The translations under genes were made by a program, and so were the position numbers. Shown piece after piece: positions 8,262-15,652 of a stretch of DNA of 32,000 bases. The notes beneath the pieces were generated by a model. The model did not search any database and was not told the DNA's origin. It saw only the letters and a program-made list of their open reading frames with translations. Positions within the stretch are counted from its first letter, which is position 1. Each line of letters begins with the position of its first letter. The DNA is from Marivita cryptomonadis (lineage in GTDB: Bacteria > Pseudomonadota > Alphaproteobacteria > Rhodobacterales > Rhodobacteraceae), in NCBI RefSeq assembly GCF_002115725.1, contig NZ_JFKD01000024.1, forward strand, positions 1 through 32,000, written 5' to 3'.

Positions 8262-9542
8262 TCAATTAAAAGCTTGCTCGATTTGTAGCAAACCTTCTGC
8301 AATTTCGAAGGGTATGCGACTTTGATCTCCTAGTTTTGGGTCAAACACCAAGTCACATGCGTCAGTGAAGGTTTTGTGGTAAATGTACTGATTGTGATTT
8401 GCCAGAAGCTGCTCGCTAAAGTTATCCAAATATTCCTGCGCCATTACATCCTTTTCAACCATCATCTCCTCTATACTCACCCGCTGTAAGGCAGGAGAGT
8501 TGCTGTCTGGCAAAAGGTATGTGCGAGATGTTGCATTGACGTATTTGGGGTTTTGGACCAGTCCCTCAGTTTTTATTCGCCATGTTGCAATTGCGTCTTC
8601 CAGTGTGGGCATTTGGCAAAGTTGACGGAATTCTCCAGCAGTTCGGAATGGGCTGCTACTGTCAAAACTTATTTTCAAACCAGCATTGCCAGTTACTCGG
8701 CGCAGTTCGTTTTGGATTGCGGTAAAATATACAGCTTCTTCCGCTGAGCTGGTGCCCAGTATATGTATCCATTCTGTTTCGTCCAAAAGCTTGTCATTCA
8801 GCAACTTTGTTAGCCAGTATAGCACACTGGTTAAGTCTTTCTTTGTATCGCTGCCCAATGCCCACCCACGTGTAAAGGTGAATGGCGTTACTGCTTTGTA
8901 CCAAGCGTTGCCAGTATCATCGCCAATGTCTTGTAAGACGTTCAGATACTTGGCACGTGCTCCTGTGTCTTTGCCTGAATTTTTCTCAAAATACCGAAGA
9001 TTGTGAACGCTTAAATCAATGAGTTGATCCACACTCAATTTTCTGAGTGCTGATTTTCGGTCTCTGGTAGCCCAAATCGGCATGTCCAATGTCATTGCAT
9101 AATCGCAATATACATCGAGCCAACGTAAATATTGCGCTTTCAAATCCGAGTTTTGCATCCATTTTCTGCAAAACTCATCATTTTTGAGATTTTGCCAATT
9201 TTTCGAGCCTGCAAATTTGAACTTGGCTATCTGGTATCCGCCGCTGTCTCCAATCACCGTTGTGCGTTTGGGATCACGTGTGCTTACAATATCGGCGGTA
9301 GAGAGGTGGGAACTGCTAAACAAGCCTGCGCTGTATAGGGCGTATTTGCTGTGCCAAAGGGCACTCTGGTCGTTGAAGTAATTCAAATCGTTGAGTGTAA
9401 GGTTGCCTGGTAGTTTTCCACCCCTTACTGCTTGACTAGGCATGCAAGCCAGCTGTGCATATTTTTTCTGCAAGCTGGGTAAATATACGGCATATTTGTC
9501 ATATTTTTCGGAAAAATTCACACCGGGCAAATTGCTGTTCAT
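8262..9542 (-). CDS. tRNA-guanine transglycosylase (TGT)/DpdA-superfamily base-exchange enzyme homologue, 426 aa
   Basis: VIGDSGGYQIAKF (DSGGYQ at 9231..9248) matches the TGT catalytic Asp / stacking Tyr motif. MTLDMP resembles the FDEC Asp, RGWALGS resembles GYAVGGL, and HILGTSS...ISFDSSSPFRTAGEF resembles YLMGVG...DMFDCVLPTRSGRNG. No CxCxxC...H zinc motif is evident. Confidence 0.7.
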   Translation of the reverse strand: MNSNLPGVNFSEKYDKYAVYLPSLQKKYAQLACMPSQAVRGGKLPGNLTLNDLNYFNDQSALWHSKYALYSAGLFSSSHLSTADIVSTRDPKRTTVIGDSGGYQIAKFKFAGSKNWQNLKNDEFCRKWMQNSDLKAQYLRWLDVYCDYAMTLDMPIWATRDRKSALRKLSVDQLIDLSVHNLRYFEKNSGKDTGARAKYLNVLQDIGDDTGNAWYKAVTPFTFTRGWALGSDTKKDLTSVLYWLTKLLNDKLLDETEWIHILGTSSAEEAVYFTAIQNELRRVTGNAGLKISFDSSSPFRTAGEFRQLCQMPTLEDAIATWRIKTEGLVQNPKYVNATSRTYLLPDSNSPALQRVSIEEMMVEKDVMAQEYLDNFSEQLLANHNQYIYHKTFTDACDLVFDPKLGDQSRIPFEIAEGLLQIEQAFN

Positions 9543-11230
9543 TCGCTGGCCTCCTGTGTTTTGAGCGTGTTTGAAAACACAGTTTCATCACGTTTGCCAT
9601 TGGTGTCAGCTGCTGGAATAAAGTGCTGATAGTCAGCGATGGACGTGCTGTAGTTGATGTTCATCACATGTGAATTTGCTTGAATTGTAATTTTATCCGT
9701 ATCCAATACGATGTTGGGCAAACTACTGAACAACAGAACGAAGTCTTTTGCTGCGCATTGGAAGGAAGCGCTGGCGTCTTGTTTGAAGCTTGGAGTGATA
9801 CCAGCAAGCGCTACTGAATAGCTGAGTTGGTACTGCTGAGCTTTTTCATCCCACCAAGCATGCAACACAAGCTCGTCTTCAGTCAGCATCACCATTACTG
9901 TGCGATTTTCCGGTTTGTTGTGTTTACCGGCAATTTTGTTAATCCAAGCCGTTAAACACACGGCATCAAACGTTGCTAGCCACTGCTTGCTGACTTGCAT
10001 TGTCCAATCGTACTCAATCTGACTGGGATTAGAGACGAATGGTTGTTGGATAGCGCTTTGATCCGACAGCTTTGTTACATCGTAAAAATGAAGACGTCGG
10101 TTTTTGGAACTGGCAGTGTCGGTGAGCGTGATGTTGTAGTCGGCAACACGTGTGCTGGTGTCGGGTGTATAGCCTGCACTTGGCTCGGCTGTGTAAAGCG
10201 TGAGTTTGTTTTTTCCCAGCAACTCAGCTTCGATCCACTGCCTGTCTTTTCCAAACAAAGTGGCTTCGGTGGCAAAATCGAAGTCTTGTTTGCGTTTGAT
10301 TTGGGATACAACACTGACAGTTGTGGGACTTTTGCTGACAAGGATGTCGCTGTGCTCAGGCCGTGTGCGTAATGTGGTGTTCACTTTGATCTTTTCAGGC
10401 TTTTGTCCCTGCTTTTTGCGTACAATAGTGCTCTCTGCAAAATATCGTTTGCGATGTTTTTCCAGCTTTTTGGGTAAGGCGTGTGGCTCCAAAGCCTCTG
10501 CGATCAATCGCAGATTGGGTGCCACTGAAGTTCGATCAATATTGGTGCAGTAATCTAAAGCCAGCGCAAGAGCAGCTTCGCTGTAGTCAGTGCCAACAAT
10601 GTCGATGGTGCCATGTTCTGTGCGGCGGCCTAGCATGACAATTAGCCCGTTGTCGTTTGTGACTGCATTGGGAAAATTATTGAGTGTAGCCAATGGCTGT
10701 GAGTTCGATGCGGCTTCAATGCGTTGCGTGCTAAGAGCTTGCGCAACTGGCGTTTTCTTCGCAGGTGCAGGCGCAGTTTCACTGTCTTCGTTGGTATCCA
10801 CTTCGTCGGCATACAGCTCTTTTTCGCCTCGTAAGCCACCAAGCCCACCACTGGCATGAATAAAATTGAGTAAGTGAGCGCGAGGATCATTTTGGTAAGC
10901 TTGAAGATTATCAGAATACTGCTCATCAATCCGTTGCATGCTTTTTGCCCAATTACTGATGGCGCTGGCACGTGTGCTTGCATCAACATTCCAAACCAAA
11001 CGTAAGAGGGCGAAAAAATTTGGCTGATTACTTTGTGGTTTACGGACTGTAATGCCGGCGTCTTTGTATTTAGTGGCCAAATATTCCGGATCTTCATGCG
11101 CCTCTCGCCACCACAAATACGCATCAACAATGCCTTCGTATAGTTGCTGTCTGCTGTTCTTATACGTTTCGGTTTGCGTTTCAGCCGCTGCCTTCAGTGC
11201 GTCCAGTTTCTGATCCAATGCGTGCGTCAT
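9539..11230 (-). CDS. Hypothetical protein, 563 aa, translationally coupled partner of the TGT-like gene
   Basis: Long track ORF. GGAG lies 7 nt before its ATG. Its TGA stop overlaps the ATG of the next gene (ATGA at 9539..9542). I recognise no Walker, ParB or DGQHR motif. Confidence 0.75.
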   Translation of the reverse strand: MTHALDQKLDALKAAAETQTETYKNSRQQLYEGIVDAYLWWREAHEDPEYLATKYKDAGITVRKPQSNQPNFFALLRLVWNVDASTRASAISNWAKSMQRIDEQYSDNLQAYQNDPRAHLLNFIHASGGLGGLRGEKELYADEVDTNEDSETAPAPAKKTPVAQALSTQRIEAASNSQPLATLNNFPNAVTNDNGLIVMLGRRTEHGTIDIVGTDYSEAALALALDYCTNIDRTSVAPNLRLIAEALEPHALPKKLEKHRKRYFAESTIVRKKQGQKPEKIKVNTTLRTRPEHSDILVSKSPTTVSVVSQIKRKQDFDFATEATLFGKDRQWIEAELLGKNKLTLYTAEPSAGYTPDTSTRVADYNITLTDTASSKNRRLHFYDVTKLSDQSAIQQPFVSNPSQIEYDWTMQVSKQWLATFDAVCLTAWINKIAGKHNKPENRTVMVMLTEDELVLHAWWDEKAQQYQLSYSVALAGITPSFKQDASASFQCAAKDFVLLFSSLPNIVLDTDKITIQANSHVMNINYSTSIADYQHFIPAADTNGKRDETVFSNTLKTQEASE

Positions 11231-11240
11231 CCCAAGCTCC

Positions 11241-11261
11241 TTACTTCAAACTTTGAAGTAA
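11241..11261. repeat. Island palindrome copy 3: TTACTTCAAACTTTGAAGTAA (centre C, opposite polarity to copies 1 and 2)
   Basis: On the minus strand it reads TTACTTCAAAGTTTGAAGTAA-GGAG-CTTGGG-ATG. It therefore abuts the Shine-Dalgarno sequence of the 563-aa gene. Confidence 0.9.
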
Positions 11262-11381
11262 CGTGATGCTGTGAAAAATTTTCTCAATGATAAATATTGT
11301 GCGAACGCCCATTTAACAGGCAAGATCAGCGAGCGGCAGTTGACGCAGCACCAGTACTTATGGATTTGGCAGGGGAGTTTG

Positions 11382-11537
11382 ATGCGCATACAAGAGATTG
11401 AACGCAAACCAAAAAAACGCAAAGCGGGCAAAGCCAGCGATAAGACGGATTGGGAACGGAATTTGACAAAGCTGCGCAGTAAAAAAAGACAGCTGAAACC
11501 ACAAAGCCCAGTTAAGCCGGTGAGCTTGGTGCGCTGA
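11382..11537 (+). CDS. Possible small, very basic protein (51 aa)
   Basis: GGGGAG lies 5 nt before the ATG. Sequence is MRIQEIERKPKKRKAGKASDKTDWERNLTKLRSKKRQLKPQ. The track ORF begins at 11271. Support is weak. Confidence 0.3.
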   Translation: MRIQEIERKPKKRKAGKASDKTDWERNLTKLRSKKRQLKPQSPVKPVSLVR

Positions 11538-11646
11538 AGATGTAATATCTTGCAAAATTACATGGTTTGAGTGACGCGGAACAAACACCGCTGTAAAATA
11601 ACGCTCCAAGCAATTGCACACATAGTCGAAACAACGAGAACGAAGA

Positions 11647-12225
11647 TCAGTAATCCACCAGCTCTACAGCGCTGCGCAGCTTGTTCTCATTCAAATCAAT
11701 ATAGCGCATGGTGGTGTTGAGATGACTATGACGGGCAAGCGCTTGGATCACACGTGCGTTGATGCCTTTATCCGCAAGCTCCGTCACAAACTGACGACGC
11801 CCACTGTGCGAACTCGCACCAGTGATACCAGCAATCTTGTACAAGTGCTGAAACAAGTTCACCATCGTCTGCGCTGTAAATCCCCCACCCTGCGCACTGA
11901 AGATCAATGGCGAGCTGGGTTGGGCGATGCGCTGCGGATAGGCGTCTGCATATTTTTGCAACGCCTTGCGCAATTTGCCGTTCACAAGCGCCGTGCTGCT
12001 GGCGTTCCCTTTGGTCTGTTGGGCGGACATGTAAATGGTATCCAGCACATTGCCTGCCGCATCAAAAACATCGCCAACACGCAGCGCAGCAATCTCGCAG
12101 GCGCGTAACCCTGCATAAAAACTCAACGCCACTGCTGTGTGATTTCGAACTGCATGACGCTGTGAATTGATCACACTGTGCAAACGACGACGCTCAACTT
12201 GCGTCAACAAACGGGCTTGCTTCAT
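11647..12225 (-). CDS. Short catalytic-domain-only tyrosine recombinase, FimB/FimE-like in size and layout (~192 aa)
   Basis: LTQVERRRL...VRNHTAVALSFYAGLRACEIAALRVGD (Arg I), SSHSGRRQF (HxxR), LARHSHLNTTMRYID (His...Tyr). GGAGAGA lies 6 nt before the ATG at 12225. The track ORF starts at 12291. Confidence 0.75.
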   Translation of the reverse strand: MKQARLLTQVERRRLHSVINSQRHAVRNHTAVALSFYAGLRACEIAALRVGDVFDAAGNVLDTIYMSAQQTKGNASSTALVNGKLRKALQKYADAYPQRIAQPSSPLIFSAQGGGFTAQTMVNLFQHLYKIAGITGASSHSGRRQFVTELADKGINARVIQALARHSHLNTTMRYIDLNENKLRSAVELVDY

Positions 12226-12378
12226 TTGCTGTCTCTCCAAAAAGATGTGGCTGTGTACACGCACAGCATAAATCCTAATCTTTGGTGGCACGATGGTTTT
12301 TGTAAAATCTGCTAAAGCACTGACGTCATTGATTTTATGAGCAAATGATTAAGGAATATGTATTGTATAATCTTTCGC

Positions 12379-12681
12379 TCAACACACCTCTGCAATGTGA
12401 TGCTGTGTTCGCAAATACTGCATCAGCTGCGCTTCAACGTCTGCCAATACCTGCTGCTGTTGGGTTGTGAGCTGAGGGCGGAAATGACAACGGCGTAATG
12501 CACGCACGCACTGTATGGCGGTTAGTATGGTGAAATCTTTGTTTTGATACTTGCGCAGCGAATACGTACTTCTGCTTCTGTTCAAAAACTGCTCGCTGAA
12601 CTCTTCACCGCTTAAAACCAAATCCACCGCTTTAAGCTGAGTGTATACCTGCTGCATGAGGGGGGCTGTGTTTGCGTCCAT
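12379..12681 (-). CDS. Hypothetical protein (~100 aa)
   Basis: Track ORF. AGGAG lies 6 nt before the internal ATG at 12681 (MDANTAPLMQQ). Confidence 0.5.
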   Translation of the reverse strand: MDANTAPLMQQVYTQLKAVDLVLSGEEFSEQFLNRSRSTYSLRKYQNKDFTILTAIQCVRALRRCHFRPQLTTQQQQVLADVEAQLMQYLRTQHHIAEVC

Positions 12682-12720
12682 GTCGTCTCCTGTTCGTTCT
12701 TCCACCGTGTATTCATCTTG

Positions 12721-12744
12721 TCAGTGTCAGTGTCAGTGTCAGTG
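12721..12744. repeat. Hexanucleotide tandem repeat (TCAGTG)x4
   Basis: Four perfect units read directly, about 40 nt upstream of the 12681 start on the minus strand. Confidence 0.9.
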
Positions 12745-12897
12745 GTTGTTTGGGTGTTGGTGTTAATTGGGTATAGTAAAGATTGGCGTTGACTGCGCAG
12801 CCCAACACCAATCTCCCACACCAAATTGTCCTGCGCCTTTACCTTGCTGTATGCCAAGCACTTCAGCAATCTGCCTAAATTGAGAATTGTCGATGCC

Positions 12898-13506
12898 TTA
12901 GCGTTGCTGCCTTGCACGTGCCCGTTGTTGGAGTTGTTCAATTTGCCAGTCCAATGCCTGTAATGCGCCGTTGAGTTGAGAACTTGAGATTTTGTTGCAT
13001 ATGCGTGTGACGAGTTTTGTGTTGTGAATATCTGCCTGTAAATTTGGTGTTAAGGGCTGAAATGACGTCAGCTCTGCGATGGTGTCGGTTTGCTGCTGCT
13101 GCACACTTTTGGATGTGTATGCTGCTGCATTGCTGGCATCACTAACCGGTGTGATCCAATTGTATTTTGTCCCCGCAGTGCGCACATGAATGTCGCTCCA
13201 AACTGCATTGAGAATGGCACAAAGCGGTTTGGTGGCGATGGGCGCTGTACACATGAAATGCAGGTGAATGTTTTGACCACATGCGCCGAATTCCGTAAAG
13301 CACCAGCGCTGTATTCCCATGCCTTTGCGTGCTGCATGTCCAAACAGCATCACGTCCATCCTGTGCCAAAATGTTTTGAAGATGGGCAGAGCTTGATTGG
13401 CGTGAACAAAACGTCCGTTGTCAAACTTTAAGACACCAACGATCTTGTAGTGTGGCTTCTCAAGCTCTGCGATCCAACCACCATGTGTGCGCTTGTTCCA
13501 ATTCAT
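12898..13506 (-). CDS. HUH-endonuclease-like (Rep / inovirus Gp2-like) protein, 202 aa
   Basis: Motifs appear in Rep order: WCFTEF, then NIHLHFM (HUH), then AAAYTSKS (YxxK). Motif spacing is atypical, so the call is tentative. Confidence 0.4.
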   Translation of the reverse strand: MNWNKRTHGGWIAELEKPHYKIVGVLKFDNGRFVHANQALPIFKTFWHRMDVMLFGHAARKGMGIQRWCFTEFGACGQNIHLHFMCTAPIATKPLCAILNAVWSDIHVRTAGTKYNWITPVSDASNAAAYTSKSVQQQQTDTIAELTSFQPLTPNLQADIHNTKLVTRICNKISSSQLNGALQALDWQIEQLQQRARARQQR

Positions 13507-13626
13507 AACTGCGTTTCCTTCACAGTTATTTATCCTTTGTAAGCAAAGGCAGGTTATTTTCCGGCTCGTTCCTGTTTTGTACCGGCGTTAGTTTTGCAAT
13601 GACCGTCACACAAGGAGCATTTTTCC

Positions 13627-14052
13627 ATGTCACATCTTGCCAAACTAAACCTAAAATCCGTTCAACGCAGTGTGCAAAAGGATCCTGCCATACAACGCAG
13701 GGAAAAGCTTTGTTTGGCGTTGGAACGGCAGCTGCTGGTAGTGGAAGCTGCGCTGACGGGTTCACAATACACAGTTACAGAAAAACGCTGGCGTGAGAAC
13801 GAGTTGGGCGAACGAGTGCTTGTGGATGTACAGCGAACGGTAAGGCGCTGGTTTTTTGAGCAAGATGGTGGGTGGTACGTGCAATGCAAATATGGCAGCC
13901 GTGTTCTGAACATCTACGGCAAAAGCAACGCTGTATTCGTCAACGAGCTTGCTGATGTGCGTCCTGTGCTGGAAGCCTTTTATGCAGCAGCTGCTGCTGG
14001 TGAATTGGACAAGGCGATTGCTGAATTGGGCCGTAAAAAGGGCAACAGCTAA
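13627..14052 (+). CDS. Hypothetical protein, 141 aa
   Basis: Track ORF with AAGGAG 9 nt upstream. Divergent from the Rep-like gene. Its TAA stop lies inside palindrome copy 4. Confidence 0.6.
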   Translation: MSHLAKLNLKSVQRSVQKDPAIQRREKLCLALERQLLVVEAALTGSQYTVTEKRWRENELGERVLVDVQRTVRRWFFEQDGGWYVQCKYGSRVLNIYGKSNAVFVNELADVRPVLEAFYAAAAAGELDKAIAELGRKKGNS

Positions 14053-14070
14053 CTTCAAACTTTGAAGTAA
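14050..14070. repeat. Island palindrome copy 4: TAACTTCAAACTTTGAAGTAA (centre C, one arm mismatch that creates the TAA stop)
   Basis: Read directly. Lies between convergent genes. Confidence 0.85.
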
Positions 14071-14078
14071 GGCGCTGA

Positions 14079-14108
14079 GCAAGGCTTGGCGTCTTGCCTG
14101 TTTATTTG
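14079..14108 (+). terminator. Weak hairpin (GCAAG...CTTGC) followed by CTGTTTATTT
   Basis: Short stem plus a T-rich tail after the 141-aa gene. Confidence 0.3.
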
Positions 14109-15517
14109 AGTATTTTCAACAAGCTGTGCTGGTCTATCAAGTCAGCGTTCATTGCCTCCAATGCCAACATCCGAATATCAGCTGTGGGTTCATAACCGTC
14201 CGCATGTACGCCCAACGCTGCCAAAAAGGCTGACTGGTCTATTTTGCCGGATTTCAACATCTCAAAAGCAAGTGCAGCAGGATCGGTGGAGGTGTTGGGC
14301 TTGGCCTTTTTTCCATCTCTGCCGCTGTGTTGATCTGCGTTGATGAGAGGACTGTATTTACTGTAGTGCCGGTCCAGCATCAAAGTGCTGTTTCCCATTT
14401 GCTTGCTCAGCGCATGTGTGCTCATGCCACGTTCCAAGTCTTGCGTCGCATAAAAATGCCGCCAGCTGTACAGTGTTCGATCCAACCCATCTGCGCCAGT
14501 CTTCAAATTCAACTCTTGCAGTAATGTGTTAAAAGCACGATTAACGTTGGCAACTCGGATCACTTCGCCCAAGCGTGTCGTCCAAATTGGCTCATTGCTT
14601 TTTGCAGTAACAAGCTGATCGAAAGTTGTGTGAGTAAGGCGAGGGTTGAGCTGGCTTTGGCGGTCCAAAAAATCAACGACGCGATCACGTGCAATGATTT
14701 TGCGTTTTTTGGTTTTGCCATCCACGTTGATAGCCAAATAGCGCTCACCATCTTTTGTGTGCCATTCGATGTGTTGCCAACATAGCGCTAACGCTTCTTT
14801 GCCGTGTCGTATGCCAGTGTTCGCTAAAAACAGAACATAGTTGCGCAGCGTTTCTCGTGTTGCCGCTGCTTTAGCGTCTTTGGTTTTTTGGTGAAAGCTG
14901 CGCAGCGCTGTGTAAATAGTTTTGTATTCGTCCAGCGTGTAGCTACCCCTGCCTTGCGTCTCCACGCCTTTGTTGAGCAGGGTAGGGCGCAAAGATTTGT
15001 TCAGCCAGCCACGCAGCTCTGCTTCATCAAAAACGCGATTAAGCGCAGCGTTGTGGTTATTGATGGTGCTTTGCGCAAGCTTGCGTCCTGCTTGCCGTTC
15101 TCGCCACGTGTCGAACTGCATCAGCGCTGCCAAATCAATTTTGGCAACATCGGTTTTTTCGAAGTAGGGGATCAAGTACCTTTGCAAAGCAGAAATGTAA
15201 TCTTTGTAAGCAATTTTGCCGGTGCCAGCATCCAGTTCGTCTTGCATGCGCTTTATGGCGAATTCAGCGACATGCTTAAACTTGCGAGTATTTGCGGGCA
15301 GCTTGTTTTTAAGGCGAGCCTGTGTTTCATAATACAGCTCTAAGGCTATCTCTTTCGCCTCCTCTACATCGTCTGTTCCTGTGCTTTTTACGTCACGTTT
15401 GCTGTTGGGCAAAGTTATGCGAGCGTACCAATTGTTGCTGCCTTTGCGCTTGTCCAAACGCAGCTTTTTGTGCACCTGCACAGTTTTTGCACCGTAGCTC
15501 ATCGCATCAAAATCCAA
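14102..15517 (-). CDS. int: Tyrosine-type site-specific integrase of island B, 471 aa
   Basis: FLANTGIRHGKEAL (Arg), YSWRHFYATQDL, MGNSTLMLDRHYSKY (His...Tyr). Adjacent to intact tRNA-Cys. The start is either TTG 15517 or ATG 15502. Confidence 0.85.
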   Translation of the reverse strand: MDFDAMSYGAKTVQVHKKLRLDKRKGSNNWYARITLPNSKRDVKSTGTDDVEEAKEIALELYYETQARLKNKLPANTRKFKHVAEFAIKRMQDELDAGTGKIAYKDYISALQRYLIPYFEKTDVAKIDLAALMQFDTWRERQAGRKLAQSTINNHNAALNRVFDEAELRGWLNKSLRPTLLNKGVETQGRGSYTLDEYKTIYTALRSFHQKTKDAKAAATRETLRNYVLFLANTGIRHGKEALALCWQHIEWHTKDGERYLAINVDGKTKKRKIIARDRVVDFLDRQSQLNPRLTHTTFDQLVTAKSNEPIWTTRLGEVIRVANVNRAFNTLLQELNLKTGADGLDRTLYSWRHFYATQDLERGMSTHALSKQMGNSTLMLDRHYSKYSPLINADQHSGRDGKKAKPNTSTDPAALAFEMLKSGKIDQSAFLAALGVHADGYEPTADIRMLALEAMNADLIDQHSLLKILK

Positions 15518-15613
15518 GCTTTTGATTTTATGGAACTATAGCGCAAAAGGCCCAGCGTCGCACGTCAAAACTGTGTACGGGTTGTGTACAAGACCTGCTG
15601 GACTATATGTTGT

Positions 15614-15642
15614 GGTAATTTGCACAAAATACGCAAATTACC
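15614..15642 (-). terminator. Hairpin GGTAATTTGC-N9-GCAAATTACC immediately 3' of tRNA-Cys, flanked by ACTATATGT direct repeats
   Basis: 10-bp perfect stem read directly, with no U-tract. Could act as a tRNA 3' processing or termination structure, or as an att-arm protein-binding site. Confidence 0.3.
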
Positions 15643-15652
15643 ACTATATGTA

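Noticed and set aside
12612-12941. 109-aa ORF containing TDTDTD
   Set aside because: It overlaps both neighbouring genes on the same strand and has no RBS. The TD tract is simply the hexamer repeat translated.
6380-14070. The palindromic repeats as a CRISPR array
   Set aside because: Copies are 1.8-3 kb apart with protein-coding genes between them. There are no short uniform spacers and no cas genes.
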